DNA from: Microbotryum violaceum
Taxonomy: Eukaryota
NCBI GenBank assembly: GCA_001244265.2
Contig: CDLV01000016.1
Location: 372,001 to 436,000, forward strand
Length of the DNA: 64,000 bases
Direction: 5' to 3'
The position numbers were made by a program, and so were the translations under genes. This document shows, one piece after another, positions 49,741 through 62,890 of the stretch (positions are counted from its first letter, which is position 1; the number at the start of each line of letters is the position of its first letter). The notes beneath the pieces were generated by a model, which was given only the letters and a program-made list of their open reading frames with translations, was not told the DNA's origin and ran no database searches.

Positions 49741-51899
49741 TTAGATCGTTTGAATAGGCAACGTCTTGGCTGTTCCGAGAGCGGCCTTCTCGGCGGGGAC
49801 CTTGCCGTTGGAACCGGACGAGGAACGACTCAGTGTCGCTGACGCGCCGTTGTTGAGCGCGTCGACGTCTTCGGGTGATTCGAGGTCGCGGCGCATGAAG
49901 ACTGTTCGGGGGTAAGGGGGGTATTAGAACGGATCAAAAGCATTTGGGTCTGAACAAGACGTACCAAAGTCCTAGCCCGTTTCACCGCACTGGAGAGAAG
50001 GATAGACACGATAGATTCGAAGAATCAGTACCGCTGTCTCGATGATAAAAACCCATCCACAGCAACCGAAACCCACCTCGGTCTCATCAATGCCCAAAAT
50101 CTCCTGATCCTCCGTCGCGCGGAAGTGCAGACCGGGGATGTGGTCGATCGCAAAGAGGATGATATAGGTCAAGACCCCGGTCCAGGTGATGATCGCCAAC
50201 GCGCTCGCGAGTTGCCACCCCATTTGCTTATACTGCTTGTTGATCCAACCACCTGGAACAAGAGAGGAGTGGAAGTGAGTTTGGGAAGACGGGTAAACGA
50301 TTTTTAGGCTGAACTTGCCCGCGATGACGGTGTAGCCGTCGAAACCGGCGACGCGCGAATCGGCAAAGAAGCCTACGAATGGAAGAGGGTCTAGAGTTAG
50401 TATTTGCAATGAAGAAAGAAGTCTGAGAAATAAGACTCACCAGTTAGAATCGCGCCGGTGAAACCGCCAATACCGTGGAGCGCGAACCCATCGACCGCAT
50501 CATCGACGCCCAACAAGACCTTGAGTCCGGTGCTAAAGTTGCACGCGCTCGCCGTAACGAAGCCGACGGCCAGCGCAGCGGGGGCACCGAGGTATCCGGC
50601 CGCAGGGGTGATGCCGACGAGGCCGGCAAGGATACCAGAACAGAGCGCGACAGCAGAGTATTTGCCCGTGTGGTAGTAGTCCAGCATCATCCAGGTCAAG
50701 CCGCCCATTGCCTGCGCAGCCAATTCGTGATGAGGAGGACAGAGACGAGGTCAGCGATCGCGTTCAAAGTCCGTAGGGATACGGGCGGAGATGCAAGTGA
50801 AGAATGATTTGGGAGGTATAGGCACAATCCAGCTTTGTGGGGGGCAGAAACGGGGACCGGGGAGGCGAGGGAAACAGGGAAACAGGGAGGACTGGTCGCC
50901 AAAAGAACGCGACGATAACAGGATGCGCGGCGCGTCAGAGGAAAGCAACAAGAGCTTACCGCAGCCAAGTTAGTGATCAGGGCCGCTTGAACGGAACGCA
51001 AGTTCATGGCCAGCTCGGAGCCACCGTTGAAGCCGAACCATCCGAACCAAAGCAAGGCGGTGCCGAGAACGACGTGCGAGACCGAGTGCGGGCGGTATGC
51101 GAGCTTGGCCGTTCCATAACCGCGTCGGCGGCCAAGGTAGTACGATACGACGAATGTCGCAGTTCCCGAAGTCATGTGCACAGGTCCTCCACCGGCAAAG
51201 TCCAGAACGCCCTTTTGGAAGCCCCACCCGGTCGCATTCCAAGTCCAGCAAGCGACGGGGTCATATACGAGCGTGGACCACACGAAGGTAAATATCATGA
51301 TCGGGAGAATTCTTGCTCGCTCCGCAAAGGCGGAAATAACATTAACAGCTGTCACGGAGATGAACGTCGACTGGTAAGCGCAGAACAACAATGCTGGGAT
51401 CTTGGATGAGCCGACAGAAGGAGCGTCGAGGACGTTGATGAGGCCGAAGTGCTTGAGATTGCCGATGAACATTGAGCCTTCGCCGAACGCGAGTGAGTAG
51501 CCCCAGAACATCCACTATAGGTCTCTACAGTATAAGATACTAGATATAAGCTTCTAGAAAATCAGTTGCTCACCTGAATCGCCCCGACCGAGTAGACCAC
51601 CATCGAAAGCATGAGCATTGACAGCGCGTTTTTTCGTCTGAGAAGGCCCGAGTAAAGATACCCGATACCAGCCGCCATGATCATGACCAGGACCTATTGT
51701 TCCACGAAGCAGAGCATTATTAAGTTTCTGGTCATTTTCTCAACAGGACGGAATGAGGGCTCACTGCGGCGGTCAAAATCCAAGACATGTCGCCATTGTT
51801 GTAAACGGTGACGCCCTCGGCGCCAGCAGAGGAATCGTACGCGGTCACGTCGTAAATGGAGACCAGAGATCCTGAGGCATCGTAGCTGATATTGACCAT
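49741..51899 (-). CDS. Ammonium transporter (Mep/Amt) copy A; in-frame TAG at 49972-49974 in the C-terminal tail
   Basis: [74 protein letters not shown] and EILGIDETE. Confidence 0.93.
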
Positions 51900-51999
51900 T
51901 GCGTGGAAATAGGGTTTTTTTGAAGAATTTGAAGGAGACTGGGGTGAAGAAAGAAGGGGCAGGGCGTAGAATCGTGTGATCAGCAGCCGTATCAATCGG

Positions 52000-52400
52000 G
52001 CGGGACGATAAGTCGACTCGACTCGGTACGTTCTGGAGGCGATCTCTGCCCGCGGCTCGGGTGCTGACTCAACTTGCGAAAGTGGCCATACGGAACTCAC
52101 GGGCTGATCACTCGATCACTGGCAGTCTTAAATTTCTTGCCCTTGGAGCGATGACTTGCGTTCCAATGGAAAGTCACACAAGAGGTGGGGAGAGAGGCAA
52201 GCTCTTGATAACGGACCGGATCTTGTCTGGAACAATCAGGGGGGGGGGGGCGAAACCGATAGGGCTCATGTGATTCAACTTCGACACTCGACTTCGGCGA
52301 GAGGCTCGAGCCCCGAAACAAGCGCCGCGTCCTGCCCACAATGGCCTGACATCGCGCGCTATCGAAAGGCGGCGGGGGGAGGGGGGACACGCCCGATAAA
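52000..52400. promoter_or_regulatory. GATA(A) sites upstream of Amt copy A (putative nitrogen-catabolite GATA-factor sites)
   Basis: GATAAG ~52007, GATAAC ~52207, GATAG ~52258 and GATAAA ~52395. A similar GATAAG occurs at ~56102 upstream of copy B. Confidence 0.45.
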
Positions 52401-53426
52401 GGATCAGGCACGCCTTGGCATTCTCTGTCGTCGTCGGTCGAGCGAGTCTTCACCGGCGCCTGGCGGTTTCGGGCCGTCCAGTGAGCAACGCTCGGTGTTT
52501 GGTCCGGAACATGCAGAACAGCGAGAAAGTTCCTCAATTGCGGCCTCCAAGATGACCCTCAGGCAAGCGGACCCGACCTCCGTCTCGGAGACCGCAGTCG
52601 TACCGGACTTCCGACGACCCCTCCGATGTCAATGATCCGTCCGATGCCGCTGATACTTCTGCTACCAAGACTATACGATGCATCATGCTGCTGCCCTCCG
52701 GCAGGCTGAAGCAGACTTTAAATACATCGGATTCTTGCTTCACTCCACCGTACTAAAGGCGCCGTGACCCCACCAAGAATATTCGGTGACATCTCCCTCT
52801 CCTTTAGAGCCCACCCTGCTAGGTAGGCTTATGTACATAGGGCAAGTGCATGGAGGTTTTCCCTGGAAGAAAAAATAAAATAAAAATGCCCGGATTTGGG
52901 ATGTGACATGTAGAGCGGTGTATTACACACCCGAGACGAAGAGAAAGAAGCGCTCGGACCGCCTTATGAATAAGAGACTGAAGAGCGTATAATCCAACCG
53001 TGGTCTTTGCTCCACGATCGGTACGTATCGCCAGGCTTCACTGTACAAACACGCGCTCTTGGTCAAATACCCAGAAGGCGCTTTCTTGCTAATCCTCACC
53101 CACTTCCTCTAAGCAGAAATGGATCGACCCTCGACTCTTCGGGGCCAGGCCAATCCGCAAGACTTCTTTCGTCCGAGCCTCAGATCGATCGCAGTGGACT
53201 TCAAAGGGATCGTACAGTCGTATCTTGGTCCTGATATCGGCTGAAAGAGCATATGTGTAATTAAATATAGAAAACACAAAGAATACCCCCAAAAGAAAAC
53301 GAATGCGAGATTGCTAGAAGCACAAGCGACGCTAGGTCAGAGAGAGAGGCAAAGTGGTTGGATATGGCAGAGTGTACAGCGCTGGTCAAAGCCGGCGAGT
53401 CGGTGCAGTGGTCTCTACATTCCGTC

Positions 53427-55969
53427 TCAAACGCTCAATTTCTCCTCCGTCACGGGGACAGCGGAGTGGGGCGACTTGATGTCCTTGTTGTGGCTCGACG
53501 ACGAGTGATGGCTCACTTGGCGACTAAGGTCTTCGCCAGTTGCTCGGTTGTGCAATTCGGAGAATTCCTCAGGCTATGGTGGTGTGGAGTAGATGAGCGG
53601 TCAGACTTGGCTCTCAGCCGTACAATGTTCTATCGGAAGCAGAAACTCACGTTCTCAAGATCACGGTTGCGGAAGACTGCAATAAGAATATCGAGACAAT
53701 CCTGGTCAGCTTTCAAGAATGCCAAAACTTTAGAACGCTATCGACTCACCAAAGTCGTAGGCGTTCTCGCCGAGCTGAGTGCATTGCATTAAGGGGGTCG
53801 ATCGAGTCAGTTGAGCTGCTCAAGCGTTTCGTAAAGTGCAGCCTTTCACGGGAAACTCACCTCGGTCTCGTCGATACCAAGAATCTCCATGTCCTCAGTA
53901 GCTCGGAGTTTGAGGCCAGGAATGTGGTCGATGACAAAGAGGAGCAGGTAGGTGACGACGAAGGTGTAAGCCATGATCGTCGTCGCTCCGGCGAGTTGCC
54001 ACCCAAGCTGGATGTAGTTGTGGTTGATCCAGCCGCCTGTTCAATGCCCGTTTACGCGTCAGTCTGATCAAATCAAAGTAATAATCAAAGAATTGTTATT
54101 ACTGACCAGGAATCTCGGTGTAGCCATCAAATCCAGCGACGCGGCTATCGGCGAAGAGCGCAGTCAAGACGGATCCGCAGTAGCCCCCAATGGCGTGGAG
54201 CGCGAACGAGTCGACGGCATCATCGATTCCGAGCAGAACTTTGAGGCCAGTGCCAAAGTTGCATGCAATTGCGGTGAGGAAACCAATGGCCAACGCCGCG
54301 GGAGAGCCAACATAACCAGCCGCAGGGGTGATGCCGACGAGACCAGCGAGGATACCGGAGCACATCGAGACAGCAGACCACTTCTTGGTGTAGAACCAAT
54401 CCATCGCGAACCAGGTGATTCCACCCATAGCGGCAGCGATGTTGGTGACAGTCGAGGCCTGGACTGCGCGCAAGTTCATCGCCAGTTCGGATCCACCGTT
54501 AAATCCGAACCAGCCGAACCAGAGGAAGACGGTGCCGAGGATGATTTGGAAGACCGAGTGGGGGCGGTAAGCGAGCTTGGCTGTACCATAACCGCGACGA
54601 CGGCCCAAGTAGAGCGACCACGCAAAGCCAGCGGTTCCCTGTGAGAGAGCGTCGTGGGTCAGCAACGAACAACGGGGACTTCTGCACCAACAAGGGCTCG
54701 CCACAAACTGACCGAAGTGATATGGACGGGTCCTCCGCCGGCAAAGTCGAGCTCACCGAGCTTGTAGAGCCATCCGTTGGGGTTCCAGACCCAGTTGGCA
54801 ATAGGGTCGTACACGATGGTGGCCCAACAGAAGCAGAAAATGACTGTAAAGGGACGAGCAAGCGACGGCGATCAAATTTTGACCCGCACCGTCCGCGAAC
54901 GAAATTTTCGACTTACGAAGCGGTAGAATACGTGCACGTTCTGCAATACCTCCAACAAGAATAACCACAGTCACAGTGGCGAACATGGATTGGTAGAAGT
55001 AATACAACAGAGCAGGAATCTTGGAGGACCCGGCGGATGGTTCGAGCGTGACGTTCATGAGGCCAAAGTGCTTCAAGTCGCCGATGAAGGCACTGCCGGT
55101 GCTGCTCTGTATCCCGGCACGAAGAAAATGGTTCACAGCAAGAATAAAGAAGAGTGTCAGCGCTTTGTATATCTAGATTCAATGAAATGAGGGAGGAGCC
55201 CGGCCTAGATAGAGTTGACCACCCAAACGCGGCAACAGCAGCACTTACAAAAGCCAACGAGTAGCCCCAAAAAAACCATTGAATTGTAATAACCGCATAG
55301 CTGTACACAAGGCAAGATTTGCAACCGGAAATTCAGCTACTGTCATTCACAAGATGAATCGTCTCGCGTTAAAAGGCCGTTGGTAGTAAGTAGCTCAGAA
55401 ACCGCCCAAAGCTCTATCGCCATCGAATCAAAAGCCGTATCACCGCCGCGGCCCGTTTGGCATGAAGCCCGGATAACCACTGGGATGAGAGAAGAGTGGA
55501 ATAAAGCGACGAAACTCACACAAGGACACCGAGCATCATCATAGACAAAGCATTCTTCCTACGCAAAAGACCAGAATAGAGGAAACCAACTCCGGGGGAC
55601 TGTGCATCGAGTGAACGAGGGAGGATAAGCGTAGGCATGGTCAGCGGCGTGAACTTCGGCCCGATTCCTCCGCGGCGTGGCTCGTGTCGATCTCCGTCCG
55701 AGAACACCGGGAAGAATATGGACCACACTCACCATGATCATGACGAGAACACCGGCGACAAGCACTGCGACGACAAAATCGAGGCGATTTTAGCGTGTCA
55801 GCGCTCGGTTCCCGTCCGGGTTGCCATCGACGAAGTCAGTGGCCGTATCGACCAAGCGGGAATGAATCTTCGACTTACCCCATGCCATGTCACCGCCATT
55901 GTACACGGTCTGAGTGCCATCTACATTGGCAACAAGAGTCCCTGTTGTATCGTACGCAACGTTGACCAT
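53427..55969 (-). CDS. Ammonium transporter (Mep/Amt) copy B
   Basis: [68 protein letters not shown] and [17 protein letters not shown]. Confidence 0.95.
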
Positions 55970-58900
55970 GATGAGACTGAAGTCGAAGATTTTTTTGGGG
56001 TGTGGGGTGGAGAAGGAAGAAAGAAAGAGCGGAGGAGAAGCCCGAAGGGAACGGGGAGCCCGAACTGATTACTGGGCGCTGGCTGGGCGGCGCGCGGCAA
56101 AGATAAGCTGGATGAGGGAACCCGAATTCGATTAGCGATTGATATTAACGGGCACCAAGACGCTGCCCTCTACCTCCCCGGAAAAGCGACTTAAGAAGCG
56201 CAGTGCCTTCGTAGGTACTAGGCAACGAGTGGTTGTTGCTCGAGGGGTGTGAGAAGGAAAGGCAGAGAATCGAGATGCCCGGCGGGACCTCTTGTCGACC
56301 GATTCGGCCCGGCATCCTTTCGATCAGCAGTGAGTGGGATCAGCGCGCGATAGGCTAAGAATAGTTGCCCCAAACAATGGCCTGACAATTGGGATCAAGG
56401 CCCCCCAATCTACGGGTGACAGAGTATGTACCGCATAACTATCCTAATCGTTCCTACAGGCGTGCAGCTCTTGGTGTAGCACTTTCTGCTAACCACATCC
56501 AGAATCGCGCCGTTTTTATTGGCCCGTGACATGATCGCGGTGATGTCTGGGCGACGCGCCGCGCACGGCCCCGCCCGAGACAAGGCCCCTCCAGCGAACG
56601 ACTCCTATCCGGCTCGGGCTACGTCAACTAGGCGCTCGGCAGCACGTCGCGTGCCCAGTAGATCAGGGTCGGTACCGACCAAATGATCCAGTACTTTTCA
56701 GCAGGGTTCAGTGGCGAGTTGCGTGATTACTGCTTCCCATCCAATCCAAGGCCGCTCGTCCTGTCCTAACCGGTGACTCCGCACGATTCATCCACTTTGG
56801 GTCACCCGGAGAGCAAAGGAGATTTATCTGGTCAAACAGAGCTGCTCTGCATAGGATGAATGTTTTCCAACACCTTATTAGCCTAGACACTAGACACTAC
56901 TGAGACACCGGTTGATTCGTTATGAGGGCGACCGTTGTCAGCCGAGCTGCCCGAGCTTTGGCTAAACGGCAACTGAAGCGTCGCGGCACACACTTCACAG
57001 AGCCCAATCAGAAGAAGTTGAGGCAGACAGCTGAGTCACCCAGGCATGCTCCAAGATGCCGATACACTCCGATACAGCGGGTCGGAAGATTTCGGTGCCG
57101 GCCAAGGGTCGTTTGGCGAATCTTTGAGGCACGAACAAACGCGGGCCTGTGCCGGTTTCCTTATCGCAGCCAATCAGCGAACGGTGCGAACCCTCCCGGC
57201 GAACGAATCCACCGGGCACATCCCGCTGGAATCAAACCTCGGAAGGACTCGGGCAGCATGTCTTACAACAACGCAATAGGGGCTCTTGCCGGGAAACATG
57301 GTCATGGCGGTCTAAATGGGTACCTGACGACCATTGCTGACCACCTACCTAACTAGTGCCGTATGCTAACGAAGCGGCGCAATTGAGCGCTAATGGCCGC
57401 GGCCCGTTTAGCTTGGCAACGGCTCGCGCCGCCAGTGCCAGTGCAAGTGCGCGACCGACCGATCGTGCCTCGGCTCCGACTACCGTAACTCGACGGGTCG
57501 AGATCATCCAGTCGTTATTCACACTGTGACTGGGAAGAAACAAAAACAAAGTTATGTTAGGTCTGGACCGTTTCTTCCGCCTCCTCGGGTGAGATCAGTT
57601 ACTTGTCCATCCAGCCGGATTGGTGAGGCTGCGACTCCCCCGAGGCCCGGACCGATGAACCCCCCCCCCTGGCTAGCTTGCGCTTGCGAACAGGGGTCGT
57701 CAAATCTATCGCGGCAAGGTCTGCGGTCACGTAGCCAGACTTTCTAGAACGAGGCTTACAACCAAGTATTAAGTAAAATGTTGCTTTTTTTCTTGCAAGA
57801 GTACCTCTCTTCCTTCACACCACCGCCCTCCCACCCACGTCATCTGCCACATTGTAAGGTATGCGCCTCTGACGTGCATAAAATACAATCTGTCGTTCTT
57901 GACCGCTAGGCTAAAAGCAAGTCGTAACTAGAACTCGGCAGTTCTAGCTACTCAGAGGCTATTTATAGGGCTGTTCTGTAGGCATCCCCTTACACACATC
58001 CCGCAGGCGTCCACTTGATCATCCTCGCCTTGACTGCTGGCCTTCGCTTCGTCCTCGGCTACATCGATCCACGGTAAGCTCACAATGGATTCAGTAACTA
58101 ACACATGGGCTCTCACCCCGGAATTGTTCTCATTCCCCTTTGTGTGGCTAGGCTTGCTTCGTTGGAGTGCCAGAAAAAGGTGTGAGCTCGTATGCCTAAG
58201 CCACATCCGCTAGCCTGCCTCTTCCCCCGGTGCCTAGGTCACGTCACTTAGGAACAAAATCATTCATGGCTCCTCCAAAACCCTTCACGCTTGTGTCGCA
58301 TCGGTTGTCCCTTCGTCGTAACGTTCCCGTAGGTGCCATCGAGTTCGCAGCGAATCGGTTCTTGAGGAAGAGCTGAGGTCGTGACCCCTTAAGAACCGCG
58401 GTCCTCAAGGTGCGAATCGCCTTGTATGCCGCCACAGCGTGTCTCGTCATAAACACGCCGCTGAGTCGAAGATCAGAGCGGGAACCAAAAAGCGGGGGTT
58501 GACCGACCGAACTGTCCGAGATTACCGAATTGAACTGACCGAAATGACCGAACTGACTCCTTTTTATGCTTGGCTTGGTGCTGTATTTCTGAGTGCGTCG
58601 GAAAGTAACTAGTCCGTCGCTACATCAGGACCGCCGCCCGAGTGCTAGTAAACACTTACCGCAACCACACCGAAGAGGAATGAATCAAGGAAAGTGTGGC
58701 AGATTTCGGAGTTGGACACACCAGTCTTAGCATTTCCGAGCGCCTCGTGGTGCCAGGCTCGGCTTTTCGCAGCGCTCGACACACGTTCGTGTTGTCTGAA
58801 TTATAGCATTTGGAAATACTTTCAAAAAAAAAAACGAGGCCAGCGTCTCAAAAGATGAGGGGGAGATGGGCCTGGGTGGAGAAATCTACCTCCACCGCCA

Positions 58901-59255
58901 GCAGCGCGCGACAGGAAGCTCCTGAGTTCAAAGAGGGGCCGTCCCCCCGGTGCTAACTCACTAGCACGGAGGTGATCGGAAATCGAGGACCAGGGTCGGA
59001 TCGACACAGCCCTGAAGCGAGAAATGGGAATCACGTGGGTACCTGTGGTCGTCTCGATTTGTCGATTCCATCGGTCAAGGTGAGCTGCGTCACCGGTGCG
59101 ACGTGGAGAGTACGTGGAGGCAGTGCGTTGCTCGAGGTCGCCTTCTCGCCACTTTTAATTCGCCTCTTGTGCTTCCCCACACCCACTGCACGACAGCCCC
59201 ATCCAAGCAGAAAGACAAAGCTTAAGACCCACTCTCCGTCTACTTTCTACAAATC

Positions 59256-59760
59256 ATGTTCTCCCTCATCTCTCGTCGCACCGTCTCGCGTTCGGCCGTC
59301 ATGTGAGTTTCGCTGCAGTGTGTGGTGCTCGGCTCGTGCCCCCACATCGTTACGTCACCCGTCACCCGCTCCTCGGTTTCGCGCGAGCCGAGATCGGGAT
59401 CGCGGGTGGTACCCAGTCTGGAGCTCACTGCTCGTTACCGAGTTACAGATCATTACCAGTGGTACATTAATCTAGACCAATTGATCACATGGACCTTGTC
59501 CTTCCCGTCTCAGTGCGCCCCGCATGTCGTTCAGCACGACCCCGATGTCGTTCGATCCCGCATCACAGCACCGCGCAGGCAAGCCTCCCGGCCTCGATCA
59601 TCTCGAGAACCCTTCGCATTCGGAAGAGATCGTTCATGCTGAGAGGGTGGGCAAGGACCCCTTGGGAAAAGGCGAAACCGGTGGGAGTGCTTCCGAGGCC
59701 TGGGACAAGGTCAAGCAGGTTGCCGAGGACGTCAAGGACAAGGTCATCGGGAAGAAGTAA
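59256..59760 (+). CDS. Small putative mitochondrial hydrophilic (LEA-like) protein, one intron
   Basis: Presequence-like MFSLISRRTVSRSAVI|APRMSFSTT. C-terminal helix EAWDKVKQVAEDVKDKVIGKK. GTGAGT..CAG intron at 59303-59513. Confidence 0.65.
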
Positions 59761-60026
59761 GGCCCGGGGCGGAGCATTGTGCTTCGGGGGGAGAGGCAGA
59801 GGGTTTCCGCATGATAACATGCTGCATAATTGATTGGGCTGCCAGGAAGCTCCCACGTACTTCAAATTAAAAGGAAAGGAAAGTTCCATCGTTACTGCAG
59901 ACGGTGCATCCCGTGCCTCGCGGTTGGGATAGCGTATTCACTTCACGTTGGCTCAAGTGCGAGGCACCGATTACGTGTAGACGACCTTGCAAGAGTCCCG
60001 TAAACATAGTTACGCACATAACAACA

Positions 60027-61590
60027 TCATAGCCCCTTGTTGAACTCGACATGGTCATAAGGCAAGTCGTGGTACTTCTCCTCCAGCTTCTTGGGACTGG
60101 CCGCTCCTCGTTGCGGGAAGACGGCGATCGCAGGGGGAAGGAATACAAGCAAGGACAAGCCAATCAAACCTTCAGACGAGCGAAGTAAGATGAGAAAAGG
60201 AGGCGAGAGAAGAAGGGAGTGCGGGAGAAGACTGACCAAGGTTGAGCGCCGTGGATAACCGCTTCCCATTGGGTCGATCGAAAGCTCCTCTTCGCTCCAA
60301 GAGCGTAATGACCAAAGGTGGGAGAATGAGAGTCGGACTGGATGCAACAACAAGGGTATATTGAGCACCAATTTCGAGACCGGCTTGACCTTTAGGACGC
60401 TGGGGCAACTCACATGTTGGTCAACACGCGACTCGCCGCCGTCTGCCCGATCGCATATTTGCCCGCAATCGAACTCTTGCCCAAGACTTCGTCACTGACT
60501 CGGCCTGTCACCACATCCTTGGGCTTGTAGATCGAGATACCGTCTCTTATCTCCTTCCACCTCATCAGACCGATGTTGACGCAACCCGCCGACGCAACGG
60601 CGACGAAGGGCACCAATTTGCCAAGCAGCATCCGTGTCGAAGGTGTAAGGGATCGCAGTCGAGGTACGAGCGAGGTGAGCCCCACGGCGATCGTACAGGA
60701 TGCAATCGTGGCTGAGGCGTAGGCCTTGGCGATCTCGGCGTTGGTCATCGAGATGGACTTGTTGGCGTTCGAGTAGTTGACGGCAACTGTGCGAACGTGC
60801 AGACATCGCATTAGCCACGTGTCGACCAGATGGGAGCAACTACCAGGTACAAGGTCGTGAAAGCATCACCCACCATTGAGGGACTGGTTGGCGAACTGCC
60901 AAAAGATGACACTCTTGATAGTCGGATTGGGCATGAGCATGCCACCGACGATGAGCAAATTTGTCGGGACAAAGGCCGACAGCCGGAAAGGTAATGGCAC
61001 GGGGAGGCCGGTGTCTACGAGTTTCAAGTGGGTCCAAAAAATCAGCTCTAGCAGCGATCCGAAAAATGACTAAACCGAGGGGCCCACCAGGATGTATAGA
61101 ACTCTCGACGACTGAAACGACGAGAAATAGAAAACTGTCAGCTCGGCAGGATTAGCCACGAAGCAAGTGACCGCGCTTGCGCTGTTTTTTCTTCCACAGC
61201 CCGTACTCTTCTTCCTTCCCCCATGCTTTTCTCCCTTCTCCCACACCATCTTGGTATTCGCGGAGAAAGCGCTGGGCATTTGCGAGCTCGGTCGACGAAG
61301 CCAAGAGTGTCAGGGGCGAGGTGATGGAGGCGAAATGCTTGAGGCGGCCGACTGGGGGATGCAACGGGTTGCCAAGGTCATCAATCCGGTTCATCTGGAT
61401 TTTGAAACGACAGCCAGAGTGCGAACTGACCATATGTACTCGTGTCGTAGCGAGATTGAGCTGAGAGGAATGAGGCGGGGGTCAGCTCGGGTCCGAGAGG
61501 CGCTATCTGGCACGTCTTTCGATCCAAGGAACGGAGAGGAAGGAAGCAAGCAATCCATCGCCGAATAAGTCCAGCCTACGTGATCCGCAT
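60027..61590 (-). CDS. FSF1: Sideroflexin (mitochondrial serine/tricarboxylate carrier family); start approximate
   Basis: SRYDTSTY, GRLKHFASITSPLTL, PLPFRLSAFVPTNLLIVGGML, FWQFANQSLN, VNYSNANKS, VPFVAVASAGCVNIGLMR, QTAASRV and C-terminal FNKGL. Confidence 0.92.
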
Positions 61591-62087
61591 TTAGGTAAAC
61601 CGGGTATCGATTTCGTCCGGTTCAGCGAAAGGAAACCCGCCCCTCACCGAGGTCTAGAGGACGTGTGATGCCGCGGTGGCGCGAAGGTGGAAGCTGAACT
61701 CACTAATGTCGACCGGAGATTGCTCTGCCATGACGCACCCAAGCTGCTGATCTCAAATCACCCGAGCCAATGGGTGTATGCCCGACCAATGAAGTCGGGA
61801 GAAGGCAGCGCGTATATCGGCCGGAGCGGACATCCAAGCCCAGCGCCCGATTTCGCAGCCGGCTATTACATGGCTACAGCCGCGATCTGCCGCGATCCGC
61901 CGCACATAATTGCGCCGGCCGGTCACTAACTGTCACCAGGCGGTCCGTGCGAGCGCTCCAAATCGATCAATCGATCAGATCAGACGTGACTCCGAGTTCA
62001 GCTGGCCGATCGGCTCGCCGTGTTTTGCACTCCCGTTCCCCAACCCAACTCAGCCTCGTCGCCAAAGGCGATTTCAATCGCACAACC

Positions 62088-62658
62088 ATGCTCCCAAGGG
62101 GTACAAGGCTCTTCTCGACGGCCTCGTCTACACTCTCTGTAGCTTCGAAAGCGAGAAGGGCGATCCCGCTCTACCTTCGACCCCGAGCTTCGCAATCAGC
62201 TCCTAAACCCCATCCCATCCATCCGAGCCCGTCCGAGCTACTCCCGCCCCCACCCCTCAACCAGGATGGTTCTTCGAAGCTGTTGATGAGTCCCAAGGAG
62301 AAGGGCAAGAAGAGGGAGGAAGGTCTCGAGGCGCTCGGGCTCAAAAATTGGGCCGAACCGCCTTTGGTAGCACAGGCCAGGGCGAAGACGGTCAAACAGA
62401 GGAACGTGTGGGAGTCTTATCTGGGTCAGTCTAACACCGAACGAGGTTTTTTTTTTTGCTGTCGACGAGCTGACGACCAGAGCCTCAGTCCTACCGCCGA
62501 GAACAAGGCTCTACATCTCGCTCGGCGTATTCGTCTTTGCCTTGATCGGCCTCTACGGCGGCGATTATCTCGTACCCGAGACCGAGGTCGAACGCAACAC
62601 GAGGATACGTAAAGAAGAGCTGCTACAAGCACGACAAGAGGCGGCGGCGGCGGAATAA
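62088..62658 (+). CDS. Small hypothetical mitochondrial membrane protein, one intron
   Basis: MLPRGTRLFSTASS presequence-like start. Spliced C-terminus VWESYL|VLPPRTRLYISLGVFVFALIGLYGGDYL contains one TM helix. Confidence 0.6.
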
Positions 62659-62890
62659 GGAAAAGATGGCGGTACACCACAGGTCGCCTCCGCGTGATCG
62701 CCTTGAACCCACAATTTCGGCCCGGGCCAGCCCTCATCTTTGGCAATCTCATTGGCATACGAATCTCTACATGTTGTTTTCAAGTAGGGTATAGACGAGA
62801 TTTATTGCATTCCAATAGAGACACGTGCATACTCATCTTGGTCTATCGAGAGGGGCGAATCGTCGGGCGAAGATTCTTATCTATTCATCT

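Noticed and set aside
57900-58560. Possible hAT transposase remnant and short GACCGAA repeats in the long intergenic region
   Set aside because: Only faint resemblance; no TIR pair or convincing catalytic motif found.
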